A stretch of 64,000 nucleotides of DNA from Balanoglossus misakiensis (lineage: Eukaryota > Animalia > Hemichordata), in the NCBI GenBank assembly GCA_040954595.2, contig CM082579.2, positions 12,463,834-12,527,833 on the forward strand. The letters run 5' to 3'. The notes below the pieces were generated by a model. It was not told where the DNA came from. It did no database searches and was given only the letters and a program-made list of their open reading frames with translations. Below, in pieces: positions 38,309 through 48,268 of this stretch. A program made the position numbers and the translations under genes. The stretch's first letter is position 1. Each line of letters starts with the position of its first letter.

Positions 38309-39247
38309 TGTGACAGGCCCCTTCATCATGACTTCTCTGTTAAGGGAATTAGCTGCTGAGAAAATTACCACTCACTGGATCAATGTACACAGTAGCACAT
38401 ATAGAGGTGTCACAATACAAGCGCTGCGCTATCGACAGGAGTACATTCCAGCCTCCAGAACAACTTCAGAACTGCACACAGAACTCCAAATTTATAGTTA
38501 ATTCGTTACTAAAAATAAGTATGACATCATAAAAAAATATGACGTATTTTTCTAAAATTAACCATTCCAGAAACTTCTAAAACTTCATGAATGTTCTAAC
38601 AAAGTCTTACCAATTCCACCTTGACATTCAAATGACCTTCTAGAACTTTCCAAGTATTTCCAGAATATATATTGTCTTGTGTCAAGAGGTTACATCTTAA
38701 GACATAATTTTAAAGTGCAAAATATCTTACAGGAAGTGAAATCTGATTCGTTCTGAAGTATGACCAAATGCCTGAATGTTTTAGAGATATTTATCCATCT
38801 ACACGTGTTATGGCTGATTGGATAAGAAGTTCAAAACAGGAGTAGATTCGCAGACTGCCACAACGTAGTGACCTTCGGGTTCTTTTAAATTGGTTGGTGT
38901 AACACTGAAGGAAACACATAGGCTATCACAATAGCAAGTCTTCACCGTGAAAACACCAGTGAACTTATATTCACTCTGCTGGTACAATCGCTCAACGCAA
39001 CTCCAGAACAAATCCAGAACTGCACACAGAACTCCAAATTTATAGTCAATTCGTTACTAAAAATAAGTATGACATCATAAAAAATATGATGTAACTTTCT
39101 AAAATTAACCATTCCAGAAACTTCAAAAACTTCATGAATGTTCTAACAAAGTCTTACCAATTCCACTTTGACATTCGAAACCTTTAAGAACTTTCCAAGT
39201 ATTTCCGGAATATATACATAACAATGAAATGACAATGTCTTGTGACA
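38309..39247 (-). repeat. LTR-like insertion with an internal ~215-bp direct repeat
   Basis: Reads TGTCACA...TGTCACA on the minus strand; 38455-38670 repeats at 39003-39215 (high but imperfect identity); no TSD found. Confidence 0.55.
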
Positions 39248-40683
39248 CTTAGATATGATCATGGTACTGTACATTAGAACAATAACGTGAGTAAACAACA
39301 CACGGTCCAAATTTGTGTTGCTGAACAAGCCAGACTAAGAGGTAAAACAGAATAAAAAATGTGATATTCTTTGACTCGTCTAATGGCACGCTCCACATGG
39401 ATTCTTACACGAGCAATCTCTTGAGTTTCCTCCACTTCGCCTGTGGTGAACTGCCCTCTTTTAGCAGTGAGGAAAGATGGTATGTTAAGAGTTGCGTTCC
39501 GTGTACACAAGAGATCCTGAATGACAAAACCCTTGTCTGCCATCACGCTGTCCCCTGGCTCACACAAATCAATAATGCCACTTTGTTTAGTGATTTCTTT
39601 ATCAGAAATCGACCCTTCATATAGCCCAGACACTAAACTTGGACACCCTGAAGGGGCAAAACCAACAAGACCTTTAAAAGTTGTCGTGCTCTTATAGTTG
39701 GAATAAAATTCAGAATTAAGACTCAGAGAGGAAGGTGTTTGCACTTTCACTTCTGTGCAGTCTAAAATAACACGTGTAGATGGATAAATATCTCTAAAAC
39801 ATTCAGGCATACATTGATCAATCTTAGCCCTTCTTGGCCATATGGGAAGCGAACCCAGCTGAAAATAAAGAAAATTACTCCAGGTAATAATTATGCGACT
39901 CACTGTAGATTGAGATACATTAAATCTTACTGCAATATCTTGCTGAAACAAACCCAATCTTACTTTAACCAGAAATAAAAAGAACCGGTCAATAAGTGGC
40001 AGACTTTCCTGGCGAAATGAAACATCAGTGAGAATGTTGTCACTACTGCCAGTCCTTTGTCTCTGTATTTGTGTCCATCTCGTCATTTTCTCTGCTGATG
40101 GTTTCAACTGCTCAAATACATCAAGCAGCAACTCATAAGATTCGAATCCTGTGTAAAATTTAATCATTTGTGGATCATTGGAAAATCTCTGAGCACAAAA
40201 TTTATGGATGGATAACACACTTATTTCTTCTTCAAGTTCTTCAATGTAAGTTGCTGCTTGTTGAAGCCTCTCCTCAGTAGTTGACAGGTAGTCATGGTCA
40301 GTAGCACTAGCTTGAAGTGTACATATAGGTCTTTCAGTTTTACCATCAATGCCTCTTTCATCTTTCACCCTAAAAAAAGAAATTACAAACAAAAATAGCT
40401 AGAGTTAAAGAGAAAAAATAACACGTTAGCATGTTTACCTGGGCTATCATTAATTTTAGCCTCACATAATGCACATTTGAACAAACAGACAGCGTTGAGA
40501 ATATCATGTTTTTAAACACAGGTGACAGATGAGTGACAGCTATCAAATTTTATGGGCAAAAAAAAAAGTTTAAAATTTCTCTGAGTCTATGATGAAACAT
40601 AAGCCTACCTGTCACTTCTTGCATCTGGACTTACTAGTTGTCGTTTTCTTGGTGGATTTCGCATAGGAATGACCTTTGGCAGG

Positions 40684-41216
40684 AAGAAAGCAGACAATCC
40701 GAATTGTGAAATATGTAAATGTACGGATGACTGCATGCATTTTCTTTTTGATTGCTCTGTTGTGAAACATTTTTGGAAAAGACTGAACGTTCTTATTAAT
40801 ACTGTGTACAATATTAACATAAAGCTAATTTGGAAGCATATTGTATTTGGGTACATGATGGAATGTGACAAGCTTGAATCACTAAATATGATCATAATGG
40901 TGGCAACTTTTTGTGTATACAAAGCAAGAATTATTAACGAAAATCACATACGCCGATTATTAATAGAAGAGTTAACGTACTCTCAACAGATAAAAAAGGA
41001 TGGAAAAATTCATGAGTGTCTAAGTCTTCTTTGAGATGTAAAATTATTATAGAGTTCACCATAACTATATGTATTTGAAATATTGATAATGAACAGAAAC
41101 ATTGTAAAGTTGGATCTTGCCTTTATCAGACGCATGTGTAAAAATGTATGTTAATTGAGTGGGATGTAAAAATGTACGTTAATTTGAGTTGAATAAACAT
41201 TACTTTAAAGAAAAAA
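40684..41216 (+). mobile_element. 5'-truncated L1/Tx1-type LINE
   Basis: C-terminal CCHC motif CEICKCTDDCMHFLFDC..FW; AATAAA at 41192; A-rich tail; 19-bp TSD AGGAATGACCTTTGGCAGG at 40665-40683 and 41217-41235. Confidence 0.85.
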
Positions 41217-41235
41217 AGGAATGACCTTTGGCAGG

Positions 41236-43790
41236 TAGTACTAGCATTCTTAGACAACATCATGGTTCTTGGGGCGGACTTTGCTGACCATCTCCAGAAT
41301 CTACGGGACGTGTTCACCCGGATCCGGGAATATAGGTTGAAACTACGCCCCCGCAAGTGTGAACTGTTTCAGATGGAGGTGGAATTCCTGGGGTGGATTG
41401 TCCGCAAAGGAACCATAGGACTGGACCCGCGTTCCGTTGACGTGGTGCACAACTGGCCGACGCCAAAAAATCACCAAGGAGGTGGAACGTTTCGCAGGTT
41501 TAGCCAATTATCACCGCTCGTTTATAAAGGATCATGCCAAGTTGGCCGCCCCGCTGTACGCAGTTACGGGAAAAAAGCCTTTCAAGTGGGGCGAAGAGCA
41601 ACGGCTGGCCTTCGAGGCGCTAAAAGATCGCTTAACATCGGCACCGGTACTCACGTTACCGAACCCAAAAGACCTGTTCACATTGGACACGGATGCATCA
41701 GACATTGCCGTGGGAGCGGAACTTCTCCAGGTGCAGGATGGAGAAGAGCGAGTAATCGCATATGCCAGCTTCGCACTAACACCCGAACAAACAAGGTACT
41801 GCACGACCCGAAAAGAACTCCTAGCGGTAGTACGATTTACCCGGTTATTCCGACACTACTTGCTGGGGAACCATTTCATAATACGGACGGACCACAGCAG
41901 TCTGGCCTGGCTGCTGAGGTTTAAAGAACCCCAACGACAATTGGCGCGATGGGTGGAGGAACTTAGCCGGTACAACATGACGGTTCAGCATAGGCCTGGG
42001 AACAAACACCTCAACGCTGATGCCCTATCCCGAATCGAACCGCAGGGGCAGTGCCGACACTACCGTCACAACGTTACGCCGGACGAACTTCCCTGCGGCG
42101 GCTGTGACTATTGCCAACGAGCGCACAGAAATTGGGGAGACTTCGTCACCAAGGTAGACGAAGTAATACCGTTAGCCTCACAACCATCCAAAGACATTAG
42201 ACAAGACGTCTGCGCGGTAAACCTAGGCAACGAAGACGACGAGGCGAATGAACACCTCGCAGACCCCCCGGAGGACCCAGGGGAAGGATTCGATTTCGAC
42301 GAAATACTAAAGTCAATCGGAATAGACTTCATGGGAGAGGACATCTCCTCCGGTGAAGATACACAGGCAGAAAAAGAGGACCCCAAGATATGCATGGTGA
42401 CCAGGAGCAGCTCGCCAGAGATCGAGACGCCGTGGCGGGAAATCTACGGCCGATACTGGAAGGCTGGATACTGGCCAAACCCCCGCAGAAAGCGCATTGG
42501 CCCTACTCAGCCCCGCCGCAAAACATGCCTGGATAAACCGCGAAATATACTGTGTGGACCCAAAGATGCCAATACTCCGGAGAAAATCCGAGGAAGAGGG
42601 CGAAGGAAAACTGGTCATCCCCAGAACAATGATATCGGAAGTAATTGAACTGAACCATGCGATCCCCTCGGCAGGACACCAGGGCGTGCAACGGACGCTG
42701 GCCAGACTCCAGATGAAGTACCACTGGCATCGGATGGCAGATGATGTACACAGCTTCGTAGCCTCATGCCATGACTGCAACAAGCACAAGAAACCACAGC
42801 GACATGCGAGGTGCCCCCTGACCCGGTACCACGTGGGATCGCCAATGGAAAGGGTACATCTGGACTTCCTTGGACCACTGCCCCGGACACCCCGAAAAAA
42901 ACGAATATATCCTAGTCATGGTCGACCAATTCACCAAGTGGGTAGAGTGCATTCCACTACCTAGCCAAATGGCAGAGGCAACTGCTACGGCAGCCGTAGG
43001 GGAATTCTTTTCTCGATTCGGATGCCCATTTGAGATATTCACCGTTAGAGACAGTAATTTCGAAAGTCAGCTGTTCCAGTCGGTATGCGAATTGCTCCAA
43101 ATACACAAGGCTAGGACCACGCCGTACCGCCAGTCCGCGAACGGCCAGGTGGAACGGCAAAACCGGACCCTCATGGATGCAGTTTGCTGTTTCGTCCAGG
43201 GCAAACAGAACGAGTGGGACAAATTCCTACCCCAAATCGCCGGAGCCATTCGGACCTCCGTAAACCGAAATACCGGATTCACACCTAATCGCCTTATGCT
43301 GGGGCGGGAAGTGAACCAACCGGCCGACCTGGTCTTCGGGAAACCAACGCCAGCCCAAGACCCTGAAGAATATGCGAGCAACCTGGGGAGCACCATGAAG
43401 GAAGCCCATGAGCTCGCTCGGGAAAAACTGCAGGTCACCCAGGAAAGAATGAAGTGGGACTACGACTTGAAGGCCCGACTCAGTTCATATGAAGTCGGGG
43501 ACCCCGTCTACCTTCTGGACTCGGCGACGGTGAGAGGGAAATGTAAAAAACTGAGCCCCCCATGGAAAGGACCAGGAATAGTGATAGCGAAATTATCGCC
43601 ATATTTGTACCGGGTGAAATTTCCGAGACGCATTGCCACCGCGAACCACGACAGACTGAAGCTGTGGGCCGGACACCGGGAAGCTAATGGTCCAGTGCGA
43701 CAGCTGTTACGACTGGTTTCACAGCATGTGCGTCAATCTCACCCCAAAACAGGTCAACTCGACAGACCCCTTCCACTGTCCGAACTGCGT
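41236..43790 (+). pseudogene. Gypsy pol remnant: RT C-terminal half, RNase H, integrase, C-terminal PHD finger
   Basis: AFLDNI (YLDD position), LDTDAS/ELLAVV/TDH/NADALSR, GHQG..CHDC, DFLGP, VDQF, VERQN, WKGP; then CGPDTGKLMVQCDSCYDWFHSMCV..FHCPNC at 43663-43788; multiple frameshifts. Confidence 0.9.
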
Positions 43791-43876
43791 GGGGGAGGGA
43801 ATCGACGAGCAAGGGAACACAGGGAAAAGGGGAAATTGCCATCGGGTAGGGCTATGACTCGTTACAGACGAGGACC

Positions 43877-43916
43877 CACTAACCGTTAATTTTCTTTCTT
43901 TTCTTTTTGCCCCCAG
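43877..43916 (+). promoter_or_regulatory. Consensus 3' splice acceptor directly upstream of the extra ORF
   Basis: Branch point CACTAAC, ~25-nt pyrimidine tract, CAG|A-ATG(43918), in otherwise GC-rich element DNA. Confidence 0.7.
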
Positions 43917-43917
43917 A

Positions 43918-46084
43918 ATGGATTCTAGACAACGCCAAGTAGAGGATATTCGTTATCGCTGCGGCCAGGGGAAACTATTGGACCCCATCAGTGTTATCCC
44001 CCGACTGAGGCAACTTGGCGTGGACGAGGACACCATGTTTGTGATGCTCCGTGAGCATTTCCAAGTAGCCGCCGTCATAGGCGACATAGGGTGGATGTCC
44101 ATCGCACGGGAGGAGGCCATACGGGTATACGGAAAGGAGAAGGTCAAAGCTCACCTGCCCGCACCATCCGACGTAGCTATGAATACCTTCACCACGGTAC
44201 CTCGGGAGTTTAATCCAGGCTGCGTACAGGGGGGGGGGGGGGTTCGTTGGCCGTATCTCTCTGCTAGAGCCCCCAAGAACCACCACCGCAGCTGACGACC
44301 TGGAGGAAACCTTAAGTATCTTCCCGGACCCGCAGCTGGAGAGACAGGTACTCGGTGGCGACAAAGACCAGGTGATGGAGGTGTCGGAGGGGCCAGACCC
44401 ACCCCCACCCGGGTATCACCCCCAAGAGCAGTAAGAAGCCGACTGCTTCTGCAGGAGCCACCACCCCCACGCCAGGAGACGCTGCCGCTGCAGCCACTGA
44501 TCCGGCCTTTAGCACTGGAGGCCACGTTGGAGGCAGGGGAATATGATATCCCCTGGGATCTCCAACAATTTCTCAGCCCCCCTACTAGGTCCAGATCCCC
44601 AACCCGGTCGCCTCGACCGGGGCGTTCTCGAGAGGAGAGGCGGGACCGCCCGCCTATCCGTGAACGACCATCCCATTCGCGCTGGGGAGACCTCAGCCCC
44701 AGATGTCGATCACCTATCCGGTATCCGACGCCGGAACCGCCCAAAGAAACAGAGCGCCGCTGGAGGAGCACCAGGCCGACCCGAAGGAGCCCCCCACCCC
44801 CTGGTCCACACTACTCATCAGGCTCCTCTCCATGTCCATTCCCGGGATGCCGGACGTCAACACGCAAGCTGAAGAAGCACGTTTTTCAGTGTCACCTTCC
44901 AACGCTTTTTATCGAGAAGCCAGAGGTATTTCGCGAGCGGGACGCGGTGGAGGCTTTGGGGAAGCTTACGTACTGGCTGTGTGTCCCGAGAAGGAGATAC
45001 CTGACCTTTTAGACCTCTTCATTCGCAGGGGCGGACCCAGACGAGTCCCGTCGGAATCCTTGTGTTCACCCGAAAGTATGGTAATGATGAAACGCCTGTG
45101 CGTTTTCCAGGGATGGGAGGTGCCTCATCCACTCGCGCGTCCTGAGCATACTGCTAAGGTGGGTGTCCCAAGCGCGCCAGGAAGAGTTCCGGGAAATCCG
45201 GCCTCACCGGAGACCAGCATCAACCCGGACACAGCCACCCGAAATGACGAGGGTGGAAGCAGTAGCGCGGGACCCATCAACCCCTGGGGGCTTCGATGCG
45301 TGTTTTCACCCTCAAGCGTGCGCAGAGGAATGCAGGGTGGAAGACGCACCCACCACCACAAAAGACCTGACTGACTACGATGTTGGTGTTTCCCCCCGAT
45401 TACCGCATCCGACTCCTCGGTGGTCTGCGAGTATTTTCCGTGCCGGATCGGTACGCGGACCCGCTGCCGGGGGAAGAAGGATTTCCAATGGCCATCGGCG
45501 TAAACCCCCGAGTGGCACTGTATCTGACCAGTGATCAACGCCAAACCGTCGGCAAACTTTTGAGGCACCCAGACGTGGCCGCACTAGGGGACATCGGCCT
45601 GGACAGAACCGAAGACCCCTCCACCTGGGAAGGCCAGGATAGGGTATTTGAAGATCTGCTCGGCATGAACCCGGGAAGGAAGCCAGTGGTAGTCACCGCA
45701 CGGGACACGGCAGCCTGGACTCTGCTCACTATGACACGTCCTTGCGATGAGCGCCAGAAAATCCATCTCCGGGATTTTAGAGGATGCATGGAAACCGTGG
45801 GGGACTGGCGGCGGTATTTTCCAGAAACTTATTTTGGGTTTTCGGCGGCCGTCCGCCAGTTCGATGAACGTCAGGTAGAGGCAATGCAGGCCATCCCGGA
45901 AGTCAGAATCCTGGTGGAGACGGAGTCACCCGGCGGACGTGTGTGGGAAACACAGACAATGAACACCCCAGCCTTCCTGGGAGACGTGGCACTGGAGGTA
46001 GCGAGGCTGCGTGGAACATCCACTCGACAGCTGCTGGCACAGATGGCCGAAAAACACCCGCCGTCTGTACAAGACCTAAGATGA
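43918..46084 (+). pseudogene. Gypsy accessory ORF: unknown N-terminus, Pro/Arg-rich linker, C2H2-like finger, TatD-like amidohydrolase-fold domain (frameshifted)
   Basis: CPFPGC..LKKHVFQCHLP; FDACFH; IGVNP; VAALGDIGLD; Q..VF..LL; PVVVTAR; IHLRDFRG; YFGFS; IPEVRILVETESP. These fall in the same order and spacing as the TatD motifs DxHxH, GxHP, GEIGLD, VIHxR, HxF, ETDSP. Confidence 0.75.
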
Positions 46085-46374
46085 CACAAACAGAGTGTGG
46101 AATCCGTCACTGACGGAGGAAGAACATACACAACTATCCGCCTCTGGCGGAGGAGATGCATGTCAAATAACCAAAAAACCCAATCCGGCCATCCTGGCTG
46201 GAATCCAATATCAGAGAGTATTCTGGTGCCCGTCTCCGCGGGCAGGCCACCCAAGATCTTTTTATTTTCAGGACCAACCCGACGAACGTTTCCAGGGAAC
46301 CCCACCGCTTCAGGCTTCCCGTTACCCGACATATAGCCCCAGGGAGGATCTCCCCAAAAGTAAAGAAGGACGAG

Positions 46375-46798
46375 TGTAGTGGAATTACATTTGGACCCCC
46401 GGATGACTGGCAGCCAGAGTCGGTTGCCCAGGGCGACAGCCAGCCAGGGCCGTGGAAGGCGGAGCACGGAGATCTGACTGACAGGAGCGGCACCAATGGA
46501 TGAGGCCGACAGCAGTGTGGGCGGACCTGGGGAAAGCACGCTGTTTCGACGAGCTGGAGATCCGATAGACCGAATTGTACCTGATCTATATCAAGACGTA
46601 AGTAATATCCTTATAAGCTTTCACTTATAGTTCTGTCTCATCTTTCTATATAGCGTTTAAGATAGTTGTTAAGTATTTAGTCGTAGTAATATAGGCATCG
46701 ATCGCTTTGTGTAGGTAGTATATACACGGTCGGTGCAACTGCAAGTAGTATTCTCCCCCACAGGGCGAGTATTACTTTAGGACAAAATGTCGTTCACA
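46375..46798 (+). repeat. Gypsy 3' LTR (right end tentative)
   Basis: Begins TG after the polypurine tract; ends at ..TTCACA next to the resumed transposase intron; contains GTAAGT at 46598; no second LTR is available to confirm it. Confidence 0.55.
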
Positions 46799-47289
46799 AC
46801 TCCATCACAGTCGCGCCAAAACTTAAAATCGCGAAAAAATTAAGACTTACCTGGAAATTTGGGCCAACATCATGGCGAATAGCTACAATCCACTGTTTCC
46901 GAGTAAATGTGTCTGATGGGAAACTGTGGAACGATACTTCCGGGTCCTTTGTGTATCTTGAATCATTTGCGCACAGCGGAACACAACAATGGTACGCTGC
47001 CATATTAATATTTATGACCTGGGAGGGGTTTGCGTTAAGAGCCTCGTTTTGGTATCAACATGGATGACGCGTGAATAAGGAGTATTGTTTAATCATTGAA
47101 TCGAATTATTGTAATCAAATTGTAATTATATTATATCATGCTACCGCCATTCTGATTGGACGAGAGCGCCCCTGAACTAGCATGCCACAGAGAAAATTTG
47201 GAGTTAAACCACAGTCGCGTGGAATTAAACCAAATAAATAACATAAAATCACTTGAATTTACGGACGAACCACAAAGCTTTAGCAGCAG

Positions 47290-47445
47290 TGATTTTAAAA
47301 CCAGTTGCAACATACCAGTTTATTGCATTGACATACTTTGCAGCTGATGCCATTGGGTTGTTGGCAAGATTGGGTAAGGCTATGCAAAGAGAAGATGTTG
47401 TATATTCTGATGTGAAAAGTCAAATAGATGGTAGCACTTCAAGCA
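47290..47445 (+). pseudogene. hAT (ZNF862-like) transposase internal fragment
   Basis: ILKPVATYQFIALTYFAADAIGLLARLGKAMQREDV matches the F....L.D.L..L..LS..FQ region of ZNF862-type transposases. Confidence 0.55.
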
Positions 47446-47589
47446 TTGCTTCATGCAGATGGGCCATTTTTTGAAGAGTTCAGAAAGCTTGTGCCTGATA
47501 TGCCTTCTGATGAAGGAAGGGTGTTTAAATCTCACAAGACAAAAGACTATGTCTGAGAGGGAGAAATTTGAAAATAACAAAGTAAATAC

Positions 47590-48268
47590 CTGTGCTCTTT
47601 AGTTCTGGCATGTTTTGTAAAGTCATCCTTTTTCGGTGCTCTGTCAGATTTCCCAGTCATAAACACATTTTTCAGGTTCGATAACCCCTTGGCGCGGTCA
47701 TGCGTCAGCCAAGGAAATTTGCTGAACCAGCCATTTTGTAACGATCTGGAATTGTCTCGGTCATATTTCTGTTGAGACTTTTTTTTCACTGGAAGCTTCA
47801 CTGCTTTCACCAACGACAACGTTATTTCTTCCAAAGTATGATGAAATTGGCTGAGAACTACTTGTACTGGCACACAGCCGACGTTTCTTCCTGTCACTAG
47901 TATCAGCCATGGCACAACATCGACGGCGCGCGAACGTACATTCAGCGTTCGTCTGCTACCTATAAAAAATTTTCATTCTCGCGAGACTTGCTATGCGTTG
48001 CCATACACAAATCAGAATGACGCCAAACTATCGTGAGACTAGAGATATCAGTACGAACGTCGACGGAAACACCGATTTTACATCGCAGTCAATATGGTCA
48101 ATGTGGAAGTAAATGCGCTACGTAGTTTTACAGGTAATACAGCGATCTAGAGGATGGTGACGACCCCACGCAAAATCCAGTTCGCCAATGTGGCAATCGT
48201 TTTTCATTCGCCAATTTAGTTTTCAGTTCGCATTTGCGAACGTGGCAAATGCGTAGCACGAACACTGG
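47590..48268 (-). mobile_element. hAT element 5' remnant (terminus plus TTF zinc-finger fragment)
   Basis: Minus strand begins CAGTGTTCGTGCTA with TCGC/GCGA subterminal motifs; KYDRD..RSLQNGWFSKFPWL..NVFMTG..KHARTKEH. Confidence 0.6.

Larger units (their letters stand above)
41217..46798 (+). mobile_element. 5'-deleted Gypsy/Ty3 LTR retrotransposon with an extra 3' ORF
   Basis: GC-rich block with RT, RNase H and integrase in Gypsy order, a PHD finger, an extra ORF, a PPT (AAAGAAGGACGAG) and an LTR starting TGTAGT at 46375. Confidence 0.85.
39274..47003 (-). pseudogene. THAP-HTH-DDE_Tnp_4 transposase of ISL2EU-C, interrupted by Gypsy and L1
   Basis: THAP exon 47003-46851 (MAAYHCCVPLC..SFHSFP..WIVAIR, then gtaagt); exon-2 remnant ~40610-40664; last exon ~40368-39274 with DCTE, ADKGF, VERAI. 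Confidence 0.85.
18716..47083. mobile_element. ISL2EU-type DNA transposon C (both ends intact, multiply nested)
   Basis: ~52-bp TIRs: ACACCTTATTCACGCGTCAGCCATGTTGATACCAAAACGAGGC.. versus the reverse complement at ~47032-47083; AT TSD at 18714-15 and 47084-85; SWIM/YqaJ gene (+) and THAP-DDE transposase (-) can be reconstructed around the insertions. Confidence 0.9.

Noticed and set aside
39274-40392. Domesticated HARBI1/ALP1-like host gene
   Set aside because: It belongs to a TIR-bounded element, and its upstream exons are disrupted by insertions and a deletion
45380-46084. Host TATDN gene or processed pseudogene
   Set aside because: It lies between Gypsy integrase and the PPT/LTR, shares the element's composition, has no poly-A or TSD, and is fused to a non-TatD N-terminus
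44151-46539. Long antisense ORFs in the GC-rich Gypsy region (and those opposite the BEL ORF)
   Set aside because: Shadow ORFs expected opposite coding or GC-rich sequence; no domain signal
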